The notes under the pieces: model-generated | Told to the model about the DNA's origin: nothing | Seen by the model: the letters and a program-made list of their open reading frames with translations, nothing else | Database searches by the model: none | Shown: one piece after another, positions 27,470 to 39,400 of the stretch | How the letters are laid out: every line of letters begins with the position of its first letter | How positions within the stretch are numbered: position 1 is the stretch's first letter | Program-made: the position numbers and the translations under genes | Source of the DNA: a virus | Strand: one strand, 5' to 3' | DNA length: 64,000 bases | IMG/VR virus record: IMGVR_UViG_3300025840_003418 | Location: 63,600 to 127,599 of that record

Positions 27470-29835
27470 GTTGATGTTCCTGCGTATATAATATAATTTA
27501 ATGCCAAGTAGGGGTTCATAACATTAAGTGGTGAACCTAAGGCACCGCCTGTTTCTATACCTCCTGTAGTTGTTTTTCCTTGATAACCCGAGGCACCTGC
27601 TTCTATAGATATAGGAATACCGTCTGGATCGGTTAATAACTGCCCCGGGTTATCTGGATCCTGTGCTTTCTGACTGATAGCATAGAATTGAGATTCGTCA
27701 CCTTCTAAAGTATGATCATGGTCTGGTAAATTCTGTGTATTAATTGCATATGATTGATTTCCTTGTGATTGACCTATTGTATCTGGGCCGCCGCCTTCAA
27801 ATGCAATACCTGTAAAGCTAAATGTAGCAATTCCACCTACAGTTAATGAGTTAATTGTAATTACTAGATCATGAGTAGGTGTAGCGCCGCCGAATATAAC
27901 TCCAGAAATTGTAACTTTTTCTGCAACTGTATATCCAGTACCTGGATTAGTAACTTGTACATTATAATTTCCAGCATTAAGTTGTACACTGAATACAGCG
28001 CCAGAACCAGTACCCGTTGTTGATGTTTGCTGAACGTTTGTAAAACTTGCAACTGATCCAGTAACACGGTTTGCTGCTTGGCCGCCCATATTATCAACAC
28101 CTAAAGGAAATCTACCTCTTAAATCAGGTAATCCGAATTTTAAATCTCCGCCATCGCTAACTAAACTTGCTGATTTAAAGTTATGTCCTATCACTTGCCA
28201 TAGTTCGTTGTAGTCAGTTTTAAATACTTCTTGCCCTGTGCATAGTAACCAACCTGCAGGCGCTGTAACACCTGCATATGGCATAATACTACCGACCGGT
28301 GTAATAGGCACAGATGACAATAAATCAACTTTGTTTACTTTATACAGTCCTGAATCTGCTCCTGTAGTTTTGTTAATTAACAGTTCGTCTGTGTTACTGA
28401 TTAAATCAGCTCTAAGTCTTGTTTTACTAGCAACGATATCGTTTGATATTGAAACTTCAAATACCTTTTCAGATCCTGACTGTCCGTCAAACTCAAAACT
28501 ATTACTTGTAAAATCGCCTTGCATTCTAAATGTAGTTGCATTAGTTAATTTATCAGCAGTAGTTGATCTACCAGTAACATTACCAGTAACATTACCAGTA
28601 ACATTTCCTAAAAATGATTCTGCATACATTCTCTTAAAAGGAGCATCTGACGATCCTATATCGTAAGAGTTAATTTCTAGTGCAGGCAATATATGGGCAT
28701 TTACTATAGTGCTTCCTGCAATGTTTATACTGCCGCCGATATGTAAATCTTGAGCAATCCCAGCGCCGCCTTTTACTACAAGAGAGCCTGAACTAAAGTT
28801 AATAGCATTTTCAGTATTACTAGCTTCTATTTTACCTGTGTTAGTAGGATCTGTTGTATCAACTGTTGCTTTAATATTACCTATAACATCAAGTGCCTGA
28901 CTTGGTGCAAGGTTATTAATGCCTACCCTTTCTTCACTATTGACTCTTAAAACAGTATTAAAAGATTGATCTACATCTTTAAGTATTAAATCGATTGAAG
29001 ATATTTGGTTATTGTTTTTTAATTCAACTGACGTACCATTTACACCTATCTGGAATTGGCTATCTGTTCCAAGTTTAAATCCAGAGTTATTATTGATTGT
29101 AAGTTGTTCGTTTAAAATTGCACGAGAATCAGTTCTTATAAATTTTTCAGCAGCAACTTCAACTGCGCCGCTACTTTCAACAACTATTAGTCCTTTAGCA
29201 CTTTCAGCTACACCAATAAATTTTATAGGATTATCTATACTACCTTCATTACGTAAATTAAAACCTTTCTTAAGAGTACCAAACCCACTGATAGCAGTTT
29301 TAGGTGTAAATTCTTCTGCACTTACAATAGCATATGGTATATCCTGTATATACATAATGAATATACTTTTGCTTAGATTATCAATGTCTAAAACAGTTTG
29401 TGCTCTGCCGCCTGTAAGTAGTCCTGTTCCTGCTTCAGGTCCAATTAACAACCAAGTATTTCCTGAAAAGATATATAATTGTTGGTTAACTGTATCAACC
29501 CATAAGTCGCCCGGTGACGACTGATTAGATAATGGCTGTGAAGCTGCTTTTACAAATCCACTTGCCGTGCGCCATTGAGCACTATCATATATTTTTAATT
29601 GATCAATGCCGGCTGAAGTATCATACCATAATTGTCCTTCAACAGGGTTACTAGGTTCAGATGCACCTGCAAAGTTTTCTAGTAAATGCAAAAAGTTTTC
29701 AGCAATGGCTTTACCATAACCAATTGAACCTTTACCTGGTAATTTTAAACTAGTATCGATTAAGTTAATTTCTCCGTCACTGATTTCAATAGATCCCTTA
29801 TTTACAAAGTCTGTAAATCTAACTATATAAGGCAT
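27466..29835 (-). CDS. Short tail fibre-like protein with phage tail collar domain
   Basis: Shared N-terminal module; collar motif PVGSIMPYAG..APAGWLLCTGQ...LPDLRGRFPLG; tip motif NLPDHDH...NPYLALNYII. Confidence 0.8.
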   Translation of the reverse strand: MPYIVRFTDFVNKGSIEISDGEINLIDTSLKLPGKGSIGYGKAIAENFLHLLENFAGASEPSNPVEGQLWYDTSAGIDQLKIYDSAQWRTASGFVKAASQPLSNQSSPGDLWVDTVNQQLYIFSGNTWLLIGPEAGTGLLTGGRAQTVLDIDNLSKSIFIMYIQDIPYAIVSAEEFTPKTAISGFGTLKKGFNLRNEGSIDNPIKFIGVAESAKGLIVVESSGAVEVAAEKFIRTDSRAILNEQLTINNNSGFKLGTDSQFQIGVNGTSVELKNNNQISSIDLILKDVDQSFNTVLRVNSEERVGINNLAPSQALDVIGNIKATVDTTDPTNTGKIEASNTENAINFSSGSLVVKGGAGIAQDLHIGGSINIAGSTIVNAHILPALEINSYDIGSSDAPFKRMYAESFLGNVTGNVTGNVTGRSTTADKLTNATTFRMQGDFTSNSFEFDGQSGSEKVFEVSISNDIVASKTRLRADLISNTDELLINKTTGADSGLYKVNKVDLLSSVPITPVGSIMPYAGVTAPAGWLLCTGQEVFKTDYNELWQVIGHNFKSASLVSDGGDLKFGLPDLRGRFPLGVDNMGGQAANRVTGSVASFTNVQQTSTTGTGSGAVFSVQLNAGNYNVQVTNPGTGYTVAEKVTISGVIFGGATPTHDLVITINSLTVGGIATFSFTGIAFEGGGPDTIGQSQGNQSYAINTQNLPDHDHTLEGDESQFYAISQKAQDPDNPGQLLTDPDGIPISIEAGASGYQGKTTTGGIETGGALGSPLNVMNPYLALNYIIYAGTST
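28569..28604. repeat. Perfect 12-bp tandem repeat x3 (taccagtaacat) encoding GNVT fibre-shaft repeats
   Basis: Read directly. The protein shows GNVTGNVTGNVTG. Confidence 0.9.
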
Positions 29836-30449
29836 TATGCATTACCTCCTGACAAACTCTGTATTCTCACTGTATAGTCAATTTGTATTAGTCTGTTTAA
29901 TGATTTTTGTACAGGGTGAAAAATAACATGTGTAATCAGTTTACCTGATTCATTTGGATCACTTGATTTACTACGCAACCCTAATTCATCAAATATATAA
30001 TCACTAGACAAATTAGTAGCATTATCAAATGCTTCCTGTGCAACAGGCTCTGAATAGTCTAGTAAACAACTTACAAGTATGTCTGTATAATTTGTTCCTG
30101 TAACGTGTCTAATTTCTAAATAATTGCTTTCTGGATTATTATTAAGCAGTCCGTCGTCAACTACAACTTTTGAATATGTTTGATTATAAAGACTTGCATT
30201 TGCGCCTGTACTGTTTGGTGTTAGATATGTAATAATACCTGTTGGATCAACACTTGTGCCGCCGTTGCCGAAGCTCATTTCGTATATAAATCCTTTACCC
30301 AAGTTTGCCATACTTTCTGCAAGAGCAACACTCATATTTTCGTAGTGTATTGCATTACGCTTTTGTACAAAAACTTCGCCATTGCTAGGATCGTATATCT
30401 TAATATGGCCCTGTACTGCTATTCCGTTTAAATCTGTTATACTGTTCAT
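29835..30449 (-). CDS. Virion structural protein (baseplate/tail-fibre attachment-like)
   Basis: GHIKI...NAI...FGNGG...FDELGL...HPVQKS...IDYTVRI pattern. Lies between the baseplate and fibre genes, preceded by TAAATA. Confidence 0.6.
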   Translation of the reverse strand: MNSITDLNGIAVQGHIKIYDPSNGEVFVQKRNAIHYENMSVALAESMANLGKGFIYEMSFGNGGTSVDPTGIITYLTPNSTGANASLYNQTYSKVVVDDGLLNNNPESNYLEIRHVTGTNYTDILVSCLLDYSEPVAQEAFDNATNLSSDYIFDELGLRSKSSDPNESGKLITHVIFHPVQKSLNRLIQIDYTVRIQSLSGGNA

Positions 30450-30474
30450 GTTGTCTTCCTATACAATGTATTTA

Positions 30475-33400
30475 TTAGTTTCCGGATCTCAGAAAGAACC
30501 CGATACTTGTTTCTGTTTCAGTTATTGATTCGCCTATTACGTTCCACATTGAGCCTTTTTTCCTAGTTACTACAATGTTTCTAGTAGCAAACTCTAGCAA
30601 TGACGAATTAGTAATATCAATTATTGCTTGTACTGGTGTGTCGTTTTCAATTACATACGATAATGTAAAATCTGCTGCTACATCTTCATCACCTTCAGGC
30701 GAGTCTTGTGCTATATTAGGATTATATAATTTAGACGTTTTACCAGTTAGTCTAATACCATTAATAAAGATTTCAAACTCATCGACAGAATTAGGTATAA
30801 ACCCTAATTCAAATGTACTTGCAACTGAAGATACATCTGCACTATCAACTGTTTGTGTTTGCGTTACATCTTCATATGTAATATTTTTTGTTCTACTTTG
30901 ATCATACACTGGTGTACCTAGTGGATGTACATCACGCACTCCTGTACCAAGCGTTCCTCGACGTATTAGTCTAAGTCTATTTTCATCCTTAACTAGGTAT
31001 TCAATACGCTCCTTACCTATCCAAAGCACCCCAGGTAAATTTAATTCTCTATCTGGTTCTGGTAAGTTAGTTGCATCTTTAACTTCAATTTGTAAATCAT
31101 ACTGCGTAAGTTCTTTTGAAAGTTTAGTTGTTGGGCTATCAATACGCTTATAAGTTGTATTATTTGTTATGTCTTTAAAGATTCTATAACTATATACTGC
31201 ACTATCTTCTCCTTTAGTAGTAACTTGCATATCGAGTGTATCTTGCACTTGTCCTGGAACTAGTTCTTCAACACTTTTTGCACTTTCAGGAGTAACAAAG
31301 TTATCACCATCAATTATAATGTCTTCAGGTCTTTGTCCACTTGCATTTAAATAGTTTAAATCACCACCACTAATATCAGTATCATAAGTTGCACCGTAAG
31401 GTAAAATACTACCATCGCTTGTAACTTTTCTTACAACAATCTTTACATATGATTCTCCTTCTCTAATTGCAGTCATTATTCCTAAGTCATTTAGATTAAT
31501 TACCTGTGTTTCACCGTCGCCGACTAATGTTTGACAAGTTGCGTTTAGATTAGATTGTTGGGCAGTACCAAAGTTTTCGTCATCGTGTCTAATGTTACTA
31601 AAGATATTATCATTAGAATCTATACCAATCCTGTAAATGTTATATGACACATCTAATTCTAGTGCTCTAGGTAATATTATACTTGTACTAGAACCGTCAA
31701 GTTCTACAATTAGATCTTCTAATTCTTCATCAGTATCATAGTCAAAATCAGTCCATTCGCCGTTGCCCCAGCCACGTGCTGTTCCAAAATCTAAAGTATC
31801 AATTTGTACACCAGCATAATCAATACCATCCATTAATTGTGCTGCATCTTTACTAATCATATTATCATTTGGATTATACGCAAACTTAATTCTATCAATA
31901 GCATTTAATATTTCTAAACTTTTGTTATAGACAATAGTAACAGTATCGCCTACACCAGCCGGTGTACTTAATACAACTCGACCTTTATATCTTGTATAAC
32001 CTTTGGACATATCTTGAATATTAGTTACTGAATATTGTCCTGATAATACCTCGGTATTGTTAATGTATACTACATAAGTACTATTTAAAACTTGCATCGG
32101 CCATTCTAAATCAAACACTGTTTGTGTTCCTGTTCCGGTAAACGATTGTGTGTGCTCTAATGTATTTACAGATTGGGTTAGTACTGGCCAATTTCTATCA
32201 AATTTAATTGTAGATCTAATTGTTCTAGGTTTACTTCTACCTAAGACAGGGTAAGCTGTTGCTTGAACTCCTTCTGAATTAGGAGGAGGTGCTATTTGAA
32301 TAGTTGGTATTGATGTATAGCCTTCACCTGGATATACAATTTTTAATCCGGTAATATTCCCGTACCCAATAAATGCTTCTATTACTGCGCCGCTGCCGCC
32401 GCCGCCGATAACTTCGACTGCTGGCTTTGTTGTATATTCTGTGCCGCTATTTGTAATTTTAATATCGGTAATTTCAAAGCCAACATTATCTAACCAATTA
32501 CGTCTTGGATATTCTGTAATATTATCATCGGTTGTTACTATTTCTCCGTTTGTAATTTTAACATTATTAGGAACTATCTTTTCTTTTATATCATCATAGT
32601 AAGTAGGTAAATCAAAATCAGTAACGGAAGTATTTGTTTCTTCTGTTTTTGTATGATTACTAATAAATTCTCTTAATACAGTTTTAAAAGGTTTTACTTC
32701 TTCTATATAAGACTTATAATTATCCAAATTATCAACATTAAATGTTATATCTTGTTCTAATGTACTTGCATGATGCTTTACTTTAACAAAACTTGTTTTA
32801 AAGAACCAGTCCACTGAACGCTGTTCGTTCAAGATATATCTTAATGACGAAATAAACAACTGGTTATATTCATTTTGCAAGTTTCCGACAAATATATCGT
32901 CTCTAATTGCTTCTAATATTATTCTTAATTCAATTCTAGGATCTTTATCAAAACTAAAATTATCAAAACTTCTATTATCAAATCCTGTGCTAGAATTTAC
33001 GCCATAAAGCGAAGGTAAAAGTTTAATTGTACCATTCTGTCTGCCAATAGTATCGTAAACTTGTGTAAAATCTTCATTATCTGTTGTAGACTTTCTTTTA
33101 AGCAATAACCAGCCCCCTGTGCCTACATTTTCAACTTTTATAATTTGACCTAATTTTGCATTAGTTCCTTCTATTTGATATGTGCCCTTTATGTAATGGT
33201 CAACCTTTGATAATGCATTATATCCAGCTGCATACCAATCAATATACTGCCAATATCTCGGAACAGAATAACTTTGTACTCTTGTTTTTTGCCATGTTTC
33301 TTCAGTAGAATTATATCTATAAATAGCCCAAGAATTATCAGATAGTGTATTATCAGTTATAACAAGAGCGCTATATGCTCTTACTGTAATACTAGTATTA

Positions 33401-36400
33401 TTATCATAGTTTGATCCATTGTTAGTAAGATTTACACGGGTTATTTGTCCTAGATTATTAATTTCTATTTCAAAATTAGCATCTTGTCCTATGCCGTTTA
33501 TTGTATAAGTAGGAGGCACTTTATATCCTCTACCAGGATCTAATATCTGTACGTTAGTTATTTTACCGTTGGTTATAACTGGTTTTAAAATTGGTGTTTT
33601 TATTTTCGAGTTAATAGAAGTAAGTTCAGTTTCATTATTAAATGTAACATCAAATAATCCAGAATTAATAGTAGGTAATTCGTCAACTAAATTTAAACGT
33701 TGCATATCAATATTGTCAACTATATTATTGTTTTCTAGAACTATATTAACCCTATCAACAAGATTTTTTAAAGCCTCTACTCTATTTTTAAACATGCCTT
33801 GACGTGGATTATTTTGTATACCGTATCTGTTTTTCTCTAATAGTGCAGGATCGGGTATAGTCCTATCTGATTTATCAAAACCAATTAGACTATCAAACCA
33901 TTTTGTTTCGATAATTGGATGCGGTGCACTATTTTTTAAACCATCTGAAAGAATTTGATAAACATCATGTTCATTTTGATTACGATTATCCTGTATGTGA
34001 TACCTAATATTTAAAACTATATCATCATTTGTAATTAAACTATCGCAATTATTTAAAGATATACCATTAGAACTTAAGAAACTTATAAATCTATATCCCT
34101 GCTCTCTCGGTGTTGCAATTAATCTTGCAATATCTAAAGCGGAAATTGTTCTGTTAGTATCTGTTTTAGGAACACTATTTTTATTGCGCACCCAGTAGTA
34201 GTAAATTTCACTAAATGTCTGACTGTCATTGTCGTATATAAAGCGTTTACTAAACTGTGTATCGCCGTATAATGTTGTTCCAGAAATGCCGAGTGTCGAA
34301 CCTTCTGGTAAATTTGATAATTCGTCCCATGTGCTAGGCAAATAAACAGATTCTACCCATTCATAAACATCTACTGATGCGTCAGGCTGTAATTCATTCC
34401 AATTATCTTTTTGGTATTGTATAGACTTTTGATATGGATATGTAAATTTACATTTAGATATATCCCACCAAATTTTTCCAACATGGTCATCTGACCAAAA
34501 TACTGTATCAGCAGCATCACCGACATTATACGATGCAGGATCATAAGGTGTTTTATAAGTAATATTCTTTTCTGCAGGTCCTGCAATCTTTCCTTGTATT
34601 GGATCAATAAAGTCTAGGTAAGAAACAATTTCATCACGGGTTTTATTATACAAAAATGCACTCTTAATTTTTTTAATATCTACAGGATCTGATATTTGTC
34701 TAGTTACTGTCCAAGTCTTTGCATCGTAGGTTTTCCTATAATTAAAAAACTCACCTTGATACTGATTATTATCTTGAGCCGATGCACCAATATACAAATG
34801 ATTTCCATTAATCTTTACATTTTGTTCAGCATTATCGTCGATTACTCCGTAGGTAATTCTTTCTGCAAAAATTAAGTTATTGTTAACTTCTTCATAATAA
34901 TATACTACTCCTTGATCGTAAACTTCAGGAGTAAATATTCCGTTTACTATAAAATCAGTACTATCGTCAATAAACACCCTAGCATCTAAACTACCAATGG
35001 CTAAATTTTCTTCGCCAAAGGACAAAGTATATCCAAACTTTTTGGTTGTAAACACAGACGGTGGTGTAATAATTTGTGGATTGTTTACATCAAACTGTCC
35101 GCTAACAAAATTATATATGTGTACTGAACCAATTCCATCTAAAGTTCTCGAGACTGCTAATTTATTCCCTTGTGGATTTAATTTAAAACTAGTTGCAAAC
35201 CCTACATTGCCATCGGTATCATCTATAGTTTGTTGATATCTATACCTTCCATTATCAAGCACATAAACTACCAACGCAATAGAATTTCCTGTTTGTGAAA
35301 TTTTTGTTATTAAAATATTTGCATTTTCACTAACAATAAAGTCATCACTAAACAATACTATATCAGTGTTATCAAACTGCGCATCGCCAGTTATTAGACT
35401 TGACGTTATCCAAGGAATATATCCAATATATTCCACGTTGTTATCAACTGCTGTCCAACTTGCATCAGTTGAAAGATCTCCGATAGTTGCCGAGGTAATT
35501 ATATTTGTTTTTGCTTTATATAATCCATTGTTATACAGTACAACACTTCCTTTTCCATATTCTGAATTTATTGCGATAGTACCTCGGTATTTTTCATCAG
35601 TAGTTCTCCTCCAACTAATATCTTCCCAACTATTGCTATCATCAATGTCATTATCAGAAGTTAATGTTGTTCTTGCTCTATAATATCTTCCTTCGTTGCT
35701 TACTGTTTCACCTATGACATAATTTTCATTAGAATTATATTTTCCTCTATAATTCGTTACATCTATAGGTCCATGTTCAAAGAAAGTTATTATTCCTGAA
35801 TTTTCTTCTGTGCCCGAACCTTTACTCGAAACACACAACTTATAACCATTATTAGAATTTAATATTTTAACCTTTTTACCAAAATTTTCATTTAATACGT
35901 TAAAGTTAAATTCACTTACTAAAACTTGATTAAGAACATAATTATTGATGCCTGACTTACTATAGATAGCCACGGCTCCTACACCATTTAAACTAGGATT
36001 ACCTGCTTCGTTTGTTTCAATATGATAGATTTGAGACCAGTCTAAGTTTAAAGAACTCGGAGCGCTTGCAGTAATTTCTGAAGCAAGTGTCTGAGTAAGT
36101 ACAGTATAAAAATAATATTCTTGATCAAAAATTTCGCTATATTGAGAATAAGCAAAATCATTATCAGCTTCGAATACTAAAAACTTTCCGGCATCGCCTG
36201 ATGGTACAACAGTGTCTGCATTAAAATCGTTTATTTCACCTATAAGCCTGTTTACTTCTCTTACTGTGCCGTCAGTTGTTGTACCTGCTAGTCTAAGTAT
36301 TTGAACTTGTGCAATATTTGGCTCTAAGTCCCACAATCCACTATTAATTTTAATATATACTCTTACCTTTTGAAAGTCAACACCTGTATTTCTTTTTATA

Positions 36401-39400
36401 TAGACAATAGTAGCTTCATGATCTGTTGGTGTTGGATTTGTGCTAGGTTGACCATTTATGTCTAGTGGTCGTTGCACATCTTGTATTACATCACCAACCT
36501 TTAAACCGTATATTGTTCCTTCAAAATTAGTGTATCCAGAAAAATCAATATCAATGTACCCATCCCATACATCATATACAGTTTGAGTTTTATTAGTAAT
36601 AGCATGTGTAATTCCGCTTGCAGATACATCAATAGCATTTTCATAATTATACATATAAAATTCGTATGACGGATTTGAACTACTACCGATACCTACTAGA
36701 TTACTACTTACACTGTTTGACAAATTAGTAGGTACTCGTACAATCCATTTATCTGATAAAACTATTCCGTTATCAGGATCGTTGTATGTTAATTGATCAA
36801 TTATATTAACTCTATCTCTAGCTAGATTAACTTCTCCTATACTGTTTACTGTATCTAAGACATTAACATAGTCAATTCTTGTCTGAGTACCTGCATTGTA
36901 ATTACTTGCTTCTAATACATCAAGATATACTAATCCTTTTCCAGTTTCAAACGGAGTATTAGTAGAAGTGTATACTGGCGAGTCAATTAACCATAAGCCA
37001 AATTCTTCAGAAGTTTCACCTAACGTAACTTCAGTATATGTACCAATCGGTGCAGTTAGATCGTTTGCAAAATCATATAAATTTAAAAAATCAGTAGTAT
37101 CAAAAGTTCCCTTTTCGTCTTTTAAATAAATCATAAGATCAGTTGACGTTGCTTTAACTTTTGCTACAGTTGCAGATCCAGTACTAGATTGTACTATATC
37201 ACCAGTATCAACTGTTCTTAAATAATCATTAATTATTATAATTCTAGTAATTTTTTCTTGTATGCGATGCCATCCAGAAACAAAGTCTGTAGATATACCA
37301 AATGTACTTAATGTATCATTCCATGGTTTATATACTGAAGTTAGTGAACCGTTAACGTATGATAATTCATTCCATTTTAGTCTTATATAGTCTCCAGTTG
37401 TGGTGGCAATATGCTGAGCAAGAGGAGCTCTTACAAGAATATGATCATTACCGGACGTTGAGCCTAGTCCAGGATATGCTTGAGAAAGTAACGTTAAGTT
37501 TGTACTATCTTGATCTATTCTAGATTCTATGTTAATATAACTATCATATGTTTCAAAAGTCTGTGTTGTTCCTTCTTGTACAATATTTCTATTTGCACGC
37601 CATAACGACTCTTTATATTTTACAATATCTCTTTTAGAATACAATACATTAGATACATAGTCGCCTTTATATTTTGTTTTAATTTGACTAGCCCCAGGAA
37701 TACCTATTGCTAAAAATTCTCCATCATCACTAACAGATACAGACTTACCGTATTTGGCATTTTCTGTACTAAAAGGCAATTCTAAACTTGTAAAAGTTTG
37801 TACAAATTCATGTGCAGTATCTTCTCTATTTCGTGTATAGTAAAATACTTTACCATTACCGCTTTCAGGCGATGACAAAAATAAATCTTTATTATTGCTA
37901 CTTATAGCAAAGTCACTTGCATAGTCTGTAAAAACTTCTAAGTTAGTGCTGTCTTCAGGATCTTCAGGATTAACAATTGACCCTAACACCTTATAAGATG
38001 GTGTATTTTCTAATACTGCCCAGCGATTTTCTCCTGCATAGTTATCTATCCATACTCGCTGACTTTCAAACTTAGACTCTCTAGCAATAGTATTAAATTC
38101 TTCAAAGTTACTAGCTCTTACTTTTTTAATTGTATAAATGTCAAAGTTTTCTGAATCAAAGTCAATTATGTTGTTGTCTTCAGATACTCTGATAAAAATT
38201 TGATTATCTATGTAACTTATTACTTCATAAAAAGAAAATACATTATAAAGTTGTGCACCTACAATAGCAACGTAGTCTCCTGATTCTAAATTAAATCCTT
38301 GATTCTCTGTAAGAGTTATAGTTGCATAATATTGATTAGATTCATCAGGAGTTGCAAATACAGAAAGACTAGCGGAGTTAACTTCAAGATCTATAATTTG
38401 ATATACATTCCAGTTATTTGGATTTTCGAATGTAACCCATATGTATTGTTCGATGTTCATTTGATTAATGTCAACATCTTTTAGGTCAGTTATTGCTGCT
38501 GTTTTAAAATCAATATCATCTTCATGAACATAACCACCAGATAAAATATATTCTTTATTAGTAGTAGTTGGGAATGTGTTTACATTAAAATCCTGCGGTT
38601 TATCTAAAAGATCAAACGGTCTTACTCTGTAAGTTTTGTCAAATGTTTCTTCAGGTAGATATTCTACAAATTCAATCGATTGCGGAGACTCTCTTAAATT
38701 GCTTTGTGTTATAGGTATTTCTATCTGTTTAATATTATCTGTCGAACCGTACTTTCCTACCTGTAGTGCCCATTCTTCGTAAAACTCTAAACCTTGTCCT
38801 CTAATAGAATTAAACAATTTATCAAGAGCATTCATAGTTCCTTTATCTTGGATATAACCTTGATAAAATTTATATTGACTTACATCATCTTGTATAATAT
38901 TTGACAAGTATTCTCTTTTTTGGTAGCCAATTAAATGCTGTGCCATCTTTTGTTGTTCTAAATCAAAGTTATCAGTATCGAGATCATAGAAGTCAGCAAA
39001 CTGATTAATTTTGTATTCAAAGTTAGCTATTAGTTTTGATTCAGGTTTTTCATTTAACCTTACCCAATTAGTAAATTCAAAATTATACGACCCTGCTACT
39101 TCATTATTAGCAACATAATAGTACTCTTTGTATTTTACAACACTTCCGATGTTATAGTCTTGCCATCTTGTCCATTCAGTAACGTGAGTATCGTCGTATA
39201 TAAATCCAGGTATATTTAATCCGCCTAACCAGTTGTCACTGCGATAACCTAGAACCTTTAAACGTTCTTGTCTATATCCAGTTCTCGGTTGATAAATTTT
39301 ATCATTAAACACTGTTTCGTTATCAATTATTACAACATGTTCTTTTTGCACTAATGGCAGTGCTAAATTATAAATTCCGCTGTCAGTATTTTTTGTTTTT

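Noticed and set aside
28569-28604. 12-bp tandem repeat as a CRISPR array or contingency locus
   Set aside because: No spacers. It is in frame and simply encodes GNVT fibre repeats.
22030-29835. Diversity-generating retroelement acting on the tail fibres
   Set aside because: No reverse transcriptase in the window, and no near-identical template/variable repeat pair was noticed by eye.
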